Shown: positions 1 through 12,500 of the stretch, one piece after another
Layout: every line of letters begins with the position of its first letter
Numbering within the stretch: position 1 is the stretch's first letter
From: Glycera tridactyla
Lineage: Eukaryota
NCBI GenBank assembly: GCA_965644265.1
Contig: OZ286469.1
Coordinates: forward strand, 50,158,001 to 50,222,000
DNA length: 64,000 bases
Direction: 5' to 3'
Made by a program: the position numbers and the translations under genes
The notes under the pieces: model-generated
What the model was told of the DNA's origin: nothing
Seen by the model: the letters and a program-made list of their open reading frames with translations, nothing else
Database searches by the model: none

Positions 1-1427
1 ATAAATTGGTTCCAGCCAAACTAGCCCAAAACTTTCAATTCTTCCTGATCATCAGTTTACGTGTGGTCCCCCTGACTCAATAATATAGTGCTTCAAAATC
101 ATACTTCAAACATTGATTTCAGATGTGAAAAGACATGGATAGAAGTGGGTGCAGCTTGAAGAGTTTGATAATTTCTAATTCCACTCAAAAAAAGGAGTCT
201 TTCAGGAGCATTGAAAATGCCAAGACCCGGCTCATAAAAACCAATGGCTTCTTTGATCTGCTCAAATACAAATGCACAGGTACTTGATCACTTGACATCG
301 TTGTTGGGTGGGATCAGTAGCTCCTGACAGATGTGGCCGCCTCGGTCCCTGTTCAGTGTAGGTTGTTATTTAACTCTATGTGAATGTGGACGGTTTAGCT
401 ACACTCTTGCTCTGCAATCGCCCTAGATGATGTTATTCATAAGCTATTCTGTCTTCTTTCTACTGAAGTAGTCCAAAAAAACAACATGTGGATGAGCCTG
501 AGAATGTGGAGTGCGTGGATAATGGATGGTCTTGCAGAAGATGGCAGTAGGAGGGATGAGGACGTGGGTTGAGAGGCCAGTCAACCTTCTCTCATGTTTA
601 GACCCAGACTGCCATTGTTTTCAAAACACAATGTCTAGGGTATCATTCTATGCTCTTTCCCAGGTGTTCCACCGGTAGATGTTGGATTTCTCCATCGTCA
701 TTCCGTTCCAAAACTGAAATGGAAGAAAGAAATACATCATGGTTTTACTAAAGTGTACCATAGGCAGTAGAATATGATTCTCATTCACTTGTCTCCATCT
801 CGTGTATGAAATATCCATTTTCGAGTTCTACGTTGATGACTCCTTAACATAAAATACGGAATCCACTCGAAGAACACCATCCCTCCCGAGGTAACCCCAT
901 CATCAGTCAGGTCGGCATAGCTCGTCTTATTTTTCTTTTTCACCTGGATAGAAAAATCGCAGCCAGCATATCAAGTTGTTGCTTTTGGATAGGGCAGAGA
1001 GGAGGGGCCGTACAAAAATGGGCCATTTGTTTAGGCTGACCTTCCAAATAAAGGTATTGCTTATACATCTTGACAGATGGAATGACTGTAGTCAGCATGA
1101 AGTTGAGAAAATTGGAAGTTCCTCCTGTTTTGGTTGCACAGAGAACCCGAAACTTCTTGGGACGATGACATGCCTCTCAACTCTCAACTCTAACAAAAGT
1201 TGATGTTTCCCATTCACTTCAAAAAGCTTCTTCATAAAAAAAAGCATACAACTTCAGCATCCATCTTTCAAAAACATTTACTTTTTTTTTTTCTCCAATC
1301 ACTCATTCCATTGGATGCATTCTTCAACAACTGTTTGACACTGATAGCAGTATTTCATCCACACATTTTTAAGCAGTGATGTGATTGCTCCGAGGATCCG
1401 CGGATTTCAGTGTTATTTGCATTTATA

Positions 1428-1523
1428 GTAGCCATTAATTAGCAGTTGTTGGGGTCTCTTGGTCCACAAAATCTTCGGTCAGGTTTTCAGGGTTTTTGGT
1501 TGTGAGCAAATCACATCCCTGTT
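1428..1523. repeat. About 95-bp dispersed direct repeat (second copy 4661-4757)
   Basis: gtagccatta.ttagcagttgttggg...tccaca...cagggYttttggttgtgagc.aatcacatccctgtt is present at both sites. Confidence 0.8.
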
Positions 1524-1533
1524 TAAGTTAGTA

Positions 1534-1710
1534 CAGTAAAACCTGCTTGAGTGTAAACCTGTGCTAGGCGAAATCCTGTTTAAAGCACATACCCCACGGT
1601 CTGCCCGTATGTTTTTTTCTCACTATAATTGTCCTGCGCTAAGCAAAATCCTGTCCTAAGTGGAGGAAAAATTTCGTCCAGTGACTTTTCACTTAAGACA
1701 GGTTTTACTG
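1534..1710. mobile_element. MITE family C (Tc1/mariner-pogo-like, TA TSD)
   Basis: TA|CAGTAAAACCTGCTTGAGTG ... CACTTAAGACAGGTTTTACTG|TA. The TIR is about 20 bp with a perfect 12-bp terminus. The element is 177 bp and non-coding. Confidence 0.85.
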
Positions 1711-2136
1711 TACTTTCAATATTTTCTCATCGCTTGGATAGATCAGGTAGATGTTTTCGATCTTTTCTTTTAGTTTTGATAGATTCTGGAGTTGATGCGT
1801 GACTCCCCGCAGACATGTATCCTCATGCAGGTCACAGTGTTGTTCTGATGATGCAATACATGTGGGAGGTTATAGTTAGTGTTATTCATTGTTAGCTTTA
1901 CTTAAACCAAATGTGGGCTGGCTTCACCTCACCCATACGGGTCAACCTGTCACTTGTCATAATCAACTCTTACACCATTGTCAAGGTCAGTGTGGGAGAG
2001 GTCAGTGTTCCACATGTCATCACCACCAAGTCACCACACAGAGCTGGAATGTTAGACATTAACATTATTCAATCAATCAGTTAGGACTCATTGTATTGGA
2101 GTTGGTCTATCACCTCATATTTCAAGTGGGGCATGC

Positions 2137-2138
<2 letters not shown>

Positions 2139-2206
<68 letters not shown>
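2139..2206. repeat. (TG)n microsatellite
   Basis: Pure TG run, directly visible. Confidence 0.97.
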
Positions 2207-2213
<7 letters not shown>

Positions 2214-3589
2214 TTGTAATCAAAAAAGTGTTGGTGTGTGCATGCATGCATGCTTAGCTTTCACACATTTGAGTGTTCACATAGTTTGGGGTGCTGGCAG
2301 TGTGTTGCCTTACTCACAGGATGTCCACTCTTCTTGCATTAAAACCAAAAATAATTGGACGGGGACTTTTGACATTTTTCGTGTACCTGTTGCCCGGGTA
2401 TCATGTCATTGAGACATGAATTCAAATTTTAGAAACCATAGAGAGGACAGCTCTCTCAAATACATCTGACTGAGTTCAACGAAATAAAAAATTCACTACA
2501 AGCCTACACATGCTGAAATATTTCTGCACGCAAAAAGATTTTTTCTAGATGAATTTTGGTGCAGTGGCGCCATTCTGTGAGCCATGAATTGGCGGGAAAA
2601 GGAGGCGTGAGGTGAGAATGGATGAGGTAATGGTTGGTTGGGTGATGGTTGATCGATAGTCATGCTGGTGCTTTCTGATCAGCAGCTGTGGCCTGCACCA
2701 TGCCCGATGACGGATGCTCCTCCGCCCCACCAGCCCCATACCAATCCCTCCCTGACTCACATCCACCCAAATCACTCACACATATCTTTTCTTTCATGAC
2801 TGAATCACTCATATGCATTGAACCAGCTTATACGTAGATACATTGTGATAAAAATGGGATTGTTTTGTGGAGATTTCTCATGTTTGTGAGTCAAAATCAT
2901 ACAATTGCAATGTGAAAATCAATTTTTATTTGCTCATCATATGTGAGGGATGAAATAATATTTTTGTGAGATTTCAACTTTATGGATGACACAGGTTCGA
3001 CTTTTTGGATGGCAGGTTGAGTTACCTATCTGCATGGATTCAGTACTGTGCAAGACCCCTTGACCAGAGACCACCTCCAACGGCAGACCGCTTTTTCAGG
3101 GTCAAATATGCCACCATTTTGGGCGGTCTGATCGTAGGTTTCACTTTATACAGNNNNNNNNNNNNNNNNNNNNNNNNNNNNNNNNNNNNNNNNNNNNNNN
3201 NNNNNNNNNNNNNNNNNNNNNNNNNNNNNNNNNNNNNNNNNNNNNNNNNNNNNNNNNNNNNNNNNNNNNNNNNNNNNNNNNNNNNNNNNNNNNNNNNNNN
3301 NNNNNNNNNNNNNNNNNNNNNNNNNNNNNNNNNNNNNNNNNNNNNNNNNNNNNNNNNNNNNNNNNNNNNNNNNNNNNNNNNNNNNNNNNNNNNNNNNNNN
3401 NNNNNNNNNNATCTGTGGTTGTATTAACCTGGTGGTATTATGTCAGGGTGTCAGTATTGAGATCGTCATGGCAGATATCTGGCTGATTGTTAGTTACCTA
3501 TCTTGGATCAGAACAACCCATCCTGTCTTGTGAGGCTACCTGCATATCCTCATTTGTTCATTTCCCTGTGAAATATCAGGGTTGTAAGT

Positions 3590-3795
3590 CAGGGATGCAG
3601 GGTCGAAGAGGTGGGCATGAGGGTCTTTCACATATTTATTGATGGTAGGCCTGATTTCAAGGCTATCAGGGGTCAAAATACCCCCTGAATTGACAAGGAG
3701 GCTGAATTTCTTGGTATCAAGTGAACCCATCTGTGAACAAATTCCCCCTTTTCTTGAATGAAAGGTGGCAGATGCCCCCATATTTGCCATCCCTG
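3590..3795. mobile_element. Possible old hAT-like MITE
   Basis: CAGGGATG ... CATCCCTG 8-bp inverted ends 206 bp apart. No TSD is recognisable. Confidence 0.3.
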
Positions 3796-3976
3796 AACTT
3801 GGATCCTGTCCACATCAGCCCCACTGGTTTGAGTTGAGGCTATCAGGTTTCGGTGATTGGTCTTAATAGCAGAACTCGCAGTAGCCTGAAAGTGAAGAAT
3901 ATAAATGCCAGTGAGTAGAATCCAACAGTATGGGCCACTTTTATGAAGCCAGGCTATCTAGAATCTACGTCATTTA

Positions 3977-4133
3977 CAGTTGAACCTCTCAATACCGCCT
4001 TCGGTCGCATCAAATAGTAGTCTTCATAGGGAGGTGGTCTTTATAGAGAGGTAATTCACTATCGAAAATACTACCACGGTCGCAGCACAGGGTGGTCTTT
4101 ATAGGGAGGTGGTCCTTAGAGGAGGTTTGACTG
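3977..4133. mobile_element. MITE family A (pogo/Tigger-like, TA TSD)
   Basis: TA|CAGTTGAACCTCTC ... GAGGAGGTTTGACTG|TA, with internal repeated AGGTGGTC(T/C)TT motifs. Similar to the copies at 62830, 63328 and 63773. Confidence 0.85.
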
Positions 4134-5339
4134 TACTTGAATCCAGATCTGACCAAGACTGCAAATGTACTGAACCTATCTACAGTGTTCACCCTAGCTG
4201 GCAAGAGAAGTAATTTACTGTGCAAAATACCATTATTGAAGTGGTCTTTGTAGGCAGTTGGCCTTGGTGAAGAGTTGGTCTCTTGAGCAGGTTACACTAT
4301 AGTTTTAGGATGATCTTTCAGGCTACAAATAGCAAGCGCCTTCCCTCAAGGTGAAAAGAATTGTGCCTATTTCTTGCAACGGTCCATTGCTAACATCTCT
4401 GCTCAATTCATTTTAATAAAAACTTGCCACCATCATGACAATTTAGTATGGAATGTAGTCCTTTATCACCGAGGTGATATAGAGTTTGTGTCCTCAGAAT
4501 ACCTCATGGGTTATGTTACTCTGGAAATGCTACAGATAAGGGGCACATTGCAACTGGGTGCCTTGCTTTTTTTTCCTACACTCCATGTTTAGTAGGTGAA
4601 ATCGTTGTGTACATCCTGAAATTGTAGAGATAGGGCAATAATAGTTTGAATGCAGTTTCAGTAGCCATTACTTAGCAGTTGTTGGGTTTCCTGATCCACA
4701 ACATTTTGGTGAAAAAGTTTCCAGGGCTTTTGGTTGTGAGCCAATCACATCCCTGTTCGGTGTAGATGTGGGCTGTTTCACCTTGTGTTCTCAAGTTGTT
4801 TATTCACAGTCGGTTTTCTCATGGGTTACAAGTTTGTTGACTGGTGGTGGGTGGGTGTGAAGTTGTGGTGTGAAAGGGAGCAGATCAAGGTGTGATGGTG
4901 GTAATGGGGTTGGCGAGATCATTGTATGATTCCCCCCCCCCCCCCCCCCCCACCACCATATCAAGTGTCAGGCACACACAGAGAGCCCCCACATCATANN
5001 NNNNNNNNNNNNNNNNNNNNNNNNNNNNNNNNNNNNNNNNNNNNNNNNNNNNNNNNNNNNNNNNNNNNNNNNNNNNNNNNNNNNNNNNNNNNNNNNNNNN
5101 NNNNNNNNNNNNNNNNNNNNNNNNNNNNNNNNNNNNNTGTCTGTGTCTGCATCTGTTTGTAACAGGTAATAGCTAGGTTACTGGCAGTGGGTGCAGTACC
5201 CAGAGATTAGATGTTCCATCTCGTAAGAGACCCAAAGGATGGGCTCGGGCTTTACAGATTTCATGTACCATGTCTTTTTAGCAAGTGTGTGTCTGTGTGA
5301 AATGGAGTGAATATGTCCACTTCGATCTGATATCAAAGA

Positions 5340-5400
5340 CAGTCAAACCTCTCTAAAGGCCGCCTTCAGTTGCATAGAAAGTGGCCTTTATATAGAGAGG
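5340..5400. mobile_element. Truncated MITE family A end (similar fragments at about 4240-4299, 6765-6823, 61958-62005 and 62728-62760)
   Basis: CAGTCAAACCTCTCTAAAGGCCGCCTTCAGTTGC...GTGGCCTTTATATAGAGAGG matches the start of the 63328 copy. Only one TIR is present. Confidence 0.7.
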
Positions 5401-8400
5401 TTGCTTTCTGCAACTTGTATAAAGCTGATGATGATGAAGCCGGTAGATGTGGATGTGGACATTCAGATTGATGAAGTATCACGAGCAAGGATTTGTTGGT
5501 ACAGTTAACTGATACAAGTGGGTCGCAGTCTGTCAGAAAAAAAAAACACATCCAAACTAATCTCTGTGTGGTAACTAGCAGCTGCTGGGGTGAACGCATG
5601 AAAAACCGGAATTAGGAATCGGGCTTCAATTTAATCCCGCCAGTTGCCATCCATTCTATATATGCTTTTGTCCCAGCAATGCTTCCTGAAACTGGATAAT
5701 GAAAACAATAATTGGAAAATGCAAAATGGTGACTTTTTCTCTCGAGCTGCCAGATGGTGTCATTGGCTCCATTGTCTGTTCACCTGAATTGCATTTTTCG
5801 CTGAAAGCCCTGTAGGATTCTGGATATTCCAGTTCATTGTGGTAGCATGATACAAGGGCCAGTGAGAGAGACAAACAGACAGACAGACAGATAGACAGAC
5901 AGAGTGCTTTTTGAGTGATGTTCATTCTACATCTGAATTGTTCAAAGTCAGTAATCGGTTGTTCCAGCTTTCATCTCTATCCCGACACATAAATGCAAAA
6001 TACATTTATTAGATATATTTTTGTGAAATAGAAACATATGAGAACAGATTCGTTTCAGGAATTGTTAGGATTGAAGCTACTTCCTTGGTTTTAATTTCCA
6101 TATATCTCAGTGATGAGCAGGTAGAAATGGCTGGCGGAGCAAATGAATGTCTTAGGTTCTAATGAACTCGTATGTATATCGCCCCGTTGGGTCAGGGATC
6201 AGATAGCTCTCCATCTGATCTTAGGATTCAAGACTTGGCTAGGGGCCCATCTCGTCATCAACTGCATGGACAACCATTTGCTCTAGTGTATCTGTATGCT
6301 ATGATTTTCAGCAAGACCATGAAATAGGTCCCTCTAAGTCAATTTTGGGACGAAATTAGACTGAATGAAATAGTCCGCAGGGGTATGCGTTGCTATTCTA
6401 GGGCTGATCTAGATGGGCAGGGTACAGCGATAATATGCCCCCTGGTGGTTGCTGGTGAATGCACTCGTTTGTAATGGCTCCCTTTGGCCTAATGCATGGC
6501 AACTTATTGTAATTTTATGTTTTTTCCCCTGAAGCCCTTGTGACAGACAGCAAGGCGAGTGCATGGGCCTCAATACTCTGATCCTTGATCACTGATACAG
6601 TTTGGGTGGCACATTTGACAGCATGCTTGCGGAGAATTCATTATTTTTTTATGCCTTAAATTGTTCATTGCCTTTCATGGTTAACGCCAATCAAGCAGTG
6701 GTGTATGATTTGCTGCTGCCTCCGTGTTTTTTTCCGATGAATATACTATCATGATAGGAGCTCAAGGTTGCCTTCATAGACAGAAGGCCTTTATAGAGAG
6801 GTGGTCTCGAGCAGGTTCGACTGGAGTTCTGCATGAAAAACCGTAGGCTGATGGATCAAGTGAGCAGTGATATAGCCTGTAGGGTCTTCTGTGTAACAAA
6901 CTGTTTGCGAGAAGGAGTGTCTGTCTCTCATCTGGGAAGCAGCCCGTGGATGTCTGTCATCCCAGACCAACCTAATGTCATCCAAGGTGATAAGACTCCC
7001 ACATAAAATTGATTTGGGCGCTGGCAGCAATCTTGGGCGGCAGATGAAGATGAAGGAAGCGTTATCTTGGAGGGTGTTGCAGCTGATTGAGGCAGTGATC
7101 TATGGTGGTGCTTTACTCCTCGCCCCAATATGATGGAGCCCCCCCCCCCCCCCCTCACTGGCATCAGCAGCCCTCTTATTATAACATTGGGAGCCAGAGG
7201 TGAAAATTGTACTCCTAAATGTACTACATGCATGCCAGCTTATCTCCCCAGGAAAAACCCTTTAACACTCAATTTGTAGGTTTTGCTTCCACTGGGGACC
7301 CAGGAGGAAGAGTCATTGTAAATGATCCCATCCATGCCCATTGCATGGGCGTCACAATATAGCGCACTGATGTGACATTAAACCAGAACCAGTCAACCGT
7401 TGACCCAATTTGTATGACCTGATTCTGGCAATTGGGAGTTAAGAAATGTTGCAAGAATACCATCTCATTCTTTGATTCTCAATCTCAATAGCAAGATGCA
7501 TTATCACATGAAATATGGCACATTTTGGTGTTTCATGGATCTCAGTCAGGGTCAGAAAGTTTGGATTTGGGATTTTGGGCGAACAATTTATCAAATATAA
7601 TGTAAGTTGCGATGAGAACGCTCAACATATCACAAAAAAGTGGTCTCAATTAGGTGGTTTCTTGTTGGAGGTATTTTTGACTATGTCCTATAGACTCTCA
7701 GAAGCGGTCTCTATTCAGAGATGGTCTCTTGCTGGGGGTGCCTTGTCCCAGGTCCAGGGTTAGGATGGGGATAGGACAGGGTCGATATCACTTGATAATG
7801 ATGATGGGTCTGCCAGTTTCTCCTCTTTCTTAAGTCAATTTCATTGCTGGTTTGTCTCCAAATGGCAGCCTGGGTGGATGTGACAATGATAATGATGGCA
7901 GAGATGGGTGGTGGCAGGTGAAAAGTGTGGTTAGTCACTAGCTGATCATAAAATGAGGAAACGTTGTCTATGGCCCAAGTCTGTGTGCCGTAAACCAGCC
8001 TCGATCATTTATATTTAGGTTAATGCCATGTTTGTGGAACATTTTATGAGACTCAATTTCCAGTTGATTGAATGTCTCGAGTGTTTGATGGATGTCGGTA
8101 ATCAGCCAAAAAGCTTCCCACATTCTCCGCAAACCATGCATCCGACTTGCTCGTCCCTCATCACAACAGCATTAGCAGATTTAAGATCGAGCGCCATTTT
8201 GTTCTGTGGCTTCGAGAGAGTTGGCATTTAGATACCGGGTCGGTGTATGATCGTGGGTGGGGGTCTATGATCATGAGAGAGGGCCCAATTAGCGGTTTCA
8301 TAGTGCCATGTCCTCAGACTACCTTTCTAACCTGGCCGGCTAAACCTTGGAAAAAGGCAGGTCTCCCATGCANNNNNNNNNNNNNNNNNNNNNNNNNNNN

Positions 8401-8918
8401 NNNNNNNNNNNNNNNNNNNNNNNNNNNNNNNNNNNNNNNNNNNNNNNNNNNNNNNNNNNNNNNNNNNNNNNNNNNNNNNNNNNNNNNNNNNNNNNNNNNN
8501 NNNNNNNNNNNNNNNNNNNNNNNNNNNNNTGGTTACATGTGGATGCTGAGCAGCATGCGATACACCTCTGATGGATGCCCCTGTTTTGATGCATTGTCCA
8601 GTTTGGTAATACCCAGTCCTGCTTTTTCAGACGTCATGAATCATACGTGGCTGCATTGCCAGTTCACATAGGCATTCACAGGCGTCATTGAGAGTGCACG
8701 AGTGCGTGTAGCCACATGTATTCCTGTATGAATACATGGCTGCCATTGTTGACACTGGCACTCGCATACGCTTACAAGTCTTCCTCACATGGACACACAC
8801 ACACACATGCACACGGACACACACACATTTTTTTAGTGATAGAAATCATGTCAGGGACATATTTCCAGATTGTACTGACAACAGGACCATGAAATGTGTT
8901 CCACACACACACACCGTT

Positions 8919-8919
<1 letters not shown>

Positions 8920-8991
<72 letters not shown>
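8920..8991. repeat. (CA)n microsatellite
   Basis: Pure CA run, directly visible. Confidence 0.97.
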
Positions 8992-8994
<3 letters not shown>

Positions 8995-9347
8995 ACTCTA
9001 CCATGATGGGGAGAAATACATGTAATTGCAGTCAGTTCTCGTACCAAGTCACCTTTTATATCCTCCATGATCCATATTTCAGGTGTGTAAGATCCAGTCT
9101 TTTCCATTGGAGAAGCTTCTCCTGGCCCACATAGACATAACAATAATAATAATGATAATAATGATAATAATCGGGTAGATGGGAAGTATTACTGATTCCA
9201 GCGCGAGATTTCACTGAGTCTGAAGAATGTGTCCTCCCAGCATAGAATTGTGACATCACAGGCCAACATATATGATGATAACTAAAATGACATCAATGGC
9301 GAAGTTATCCCCAAATTTACCATTTTGATCGGTTTTATCTGCTGTAG

Positions 9348-9540
9348 ATGCTTGAGGATAAAGAGCGGCGACAACGGACGGTAATGGAACAATTAGCTCG
9401 AGAACAACGGTATTTGAAACGTCGTCTTGAGAGTTTGACGGAGGGGCAATATCGAGTGCGTATGGTAGAACGCAGTATCAGTGAGTGCAGTTCCTCAACG
9501 GTGTCAACCACGTCTGGATCATCCGAGCCGTCCGAACCTG
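9348..9540 (+). CDS. MXI1: Penultimate coding exon of a Mad/Mxi1 (MXD family) MAX-interacting bHLH-ZIP repressor: leucine zipper and Ser-rich region
   Basis: Acceptor ttttatctgctgtag ends at 9347 and donor CCTG|gtaaat starts at 9541. The exon is 193 nt (phase 0 in, phase 1 out). Translation MLEDKERRQRTVMEQLAREQRYLKRRLESLTEGQYRVRMVERSISECSSSTVSTTSGSSEPSEP resembles, by recognition, the MXI1/MXD zipper ([29 protein letters not shown]...RIRMDSIGSTISS). The ATG at 9348 is an internal Met, not a start. The symbol denotes family membership; invertebrates usually have a single MXD1-4/MXI1 co-orthologue. Confidence 0.93.
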
Positions 9541-12500
9541 GTAAATCTGACGATTTTTCTTCGTTTTTTCTTTTTTTCCGTGAAAGTGAATCCCTGCAAA
9601 ATTTAACTATGTAGCGATAGGCTAATTACAGAGTTGGCTCCAGAGAGGCGCATAAAGGATTTTTACACATTCAGTCGTGCACCTTTTTCAAGGTCATTAG
9701 GGGGCCACAATGCCCCCTAGATCATCGAGAGGGTTGTATTGGCCCATATTGAGTTGATCAATTTTTGATGATCATGTGATGAAATTCCCTTGTTCTCAAA
9801 TTTCAGAGGATAAATGACCCCAATTCCAGTAATCTCGATGTAACCCTGTACTGTGTATATGAATATATTCATTACATCATGACTCTCAGCCTAGGTTTCT
9901 GCTTCAGGTTACCATCTGCTAATGATTCTCTCTATTGAGAATTTGAATATTCAATCTTGGTCTAAGGTTACAATGTCATACAGAGTAGAGGTGCAAAATT
10001 CCTATCAGTCAATAAGTGGATGCTTGAGTCTGAATTTTCATTCACATTGTGAGAATCTAAAATTCGGATCATGCACAAGATCATGGTTGACGACCATGGG
10101 CTATGAATTGTTTACGAACACACTGATAGTAAGATGCTGGTGAAGTCATCATCTCTGAATCTGAAATATTTCTCTTTGTCCTGTTATCATTTTTTTCTGC
10201 ACTATTTATGTTTCCCTGTTTATTCTGTCATTGTTATGTCAGCTTTTTTTCCAGTCACTAATTCACAACAGCTGAAAAGATGCCGGGGTGGAATGTAACA
10301 TTTTTGCTGTTGCTGGTGTTACTGATTTATGCTGTGTTTACGAATCACTTTTTTATCCCGCTAGAAAATCAAGAAGGTGCAAGATCTGGTTGAACCCTGA
10401 CTCTAGTGATTTACAGAGGAAAGTTCCCGTGTATGTCATCATGCTATCTGCACATGCTAAAACAAAGTTCTCACGACATTTTTTTTCCTCAAGGAGGAAT
10501 GGCCATATTCTCCAGGAATGTGTAAAACCATCATAGCTATACTGATGTATCTCTCTCTTCATGGAGGGGTGGATTTCTGCGAAGAAGAACTGATTTCATT
10601 TCTTTGAAAATTGTTGTAATCTATCCACTCCATTGGAATAAAGTTCCTCGGAAATAAACATGCTATGATATAATGATAGACATTTTCAGATGATCCTAAT
10701 TGAAGAGATTATCTTTTAACAAGAGGAGATTCGAATATTTTTTTGGGATGGGAAAGACTCCCTGCTGATGGTAATGACGCCAGCTGTCTCTACAATAGTA
10801 TTGTGTGCACCCATTCAGTGAACCCCATGGAAGATTTCATCCAGAACCATTGTTGGTCTGGGCGTGGGTGTTGCTCTAGTTTCTCAAATAATCATATCAA
10901 GGAGTATGACCTCCAAAGTTCATATCATCTCTGGTTTCTAAGACTCGTGCCATTGATGGAAGCTACTATTGGTTTCTGTGATGTAACTCGATGTCCTAAC
11001 TTATTGTTTAACAGAAGGGGGTTGGGATGAGAGGGGGGGGGGGGGGGGGGTATGTCATTGTTGTTAGGGGATTGGTGATGGGACAGAGAGAGAGATGTTA
11101 TATAAGGTGTGATTGGTGCTAATGGAGCCTGGAGTGTCAGTACAGTGGAGAGATGGGGGGGGGGGGTCTGCTGGAGGTGGTGGTTCCCTACATGAATGTA
11201 GTGGGTGAAGGGTCAATAACGGTGTGTTATCTTGGTGCTGTAATATATACAAGGGATGTGTCCTGGATTATTTGGCCAATCCATAATATGTGATGGTTGC
11301 CTGGTGCCCTGCTGTATTTGGGCTCTCCCCCAAGCTGGCCGGTAATACAAGACCAATTCTGGGTGCCCAGATTTGGTCATCATGAAAAGTGTGTGTGGGT
11401 GTGTAGGTGTGAGTGGGTGGGTGGGGTGATAGCTGTGGGTGGGTGGGTGGATGCGGNNNNNNNNNNNNNNNNNNNNNNNNNNNNNNNNNNNNNNNNNNNN
11501 NNNNNNNNNNNNNNNNNNNNNNNNNNNNNNNNNNNNNNNNNNNNNNNNNNNNNNNNNNNNNNNNNNNNNNNNNNNNNNNNNNNNNNNNNNNNNNNNNNNN
11601 NNNNNNNNNNNNNNNNNNNNNNNNNNNNNNNNNNNNNNNNNNNNNNNNNNNNNNNNNNNNNNNNNNNNNNNNNNNNNNNNNNNNNNNNNNNNNNCTCAGC
11701 AAACAGCCTCTGTCACTCAGCACTGATGAAGCTCCTGCTGATTGAATTAACTCTAGTCAGGAACAAGGCAGAACTCATTTCATCATCCCCCTTTTATCTT
11801 AACCTTCTATTTCAACATGGACACTCCCCACCGCAGTTGTGTTAACTATCTCTAGAATCCTGTAGGAGGAAGTACTGTTGAGTGGGCCATGCTAGCAATC
11901 AGCTGGCTAGCATCATGGGTTGGCATGGAAACCAATAAACATTGATGCTGGGCAAGTCCCATGGCTCCTACCTAGTCGGCCAGCATCACCATCCACAGAT
12001 ACCAGCCATGCTGTATCCCAGCGTCAGCCTCCACTCATTATCACCTCACATTGCTCAGAACTCCCCACTGGTGTTTTGTCTTTCGGATATAAATTATCGG
12101 CTTGCATTGGCACTATTGCGATAATACAAATTCGAGAGTATGAGGATTGTGTGGCATTCTGGGTATGGTCTGATTAAGAAAGATAGTGGGAGCAAATTTA
12201 ATCATTTTCTCTGCGAAAATTATGGTGAATGATGTGAGAACATTCCTGAAACTCATTGCTTGCATTTCAGTCATCGTTGAACATTGTTCATTTCAAAATA
12301 CAGTGGAACATGCTCTGAGAGACACTCCTGGTAATCGACCACCGCCGGGATACTTACTCTCTCAGTGGCACTGATTCTGATGAATTCCCGTCTACCTCCG
12401 ATGAGTGACCACCTCTATTGGGAGGACCACTTATCATAATGATTGAGATGATGATTGAGATCTACAGGATCATCAAAGTCAGATAATACTAGTAGAATTG

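Noticed and set aside
1-9347. Upstream SID/bHLH exons of Mad/Mxi1
   Set aside because: I looked for RSTHNELEKNR/HTTLGLL-like coding sequence and found none. These exons are probably outside the window.
9541-9614. Extension of ORF 9348..9614 past 9540 as coding
   Set aside because: It reads through the gtaaat donor into a T-rich intron (SSFFLFF). Homology resumes at 44014.
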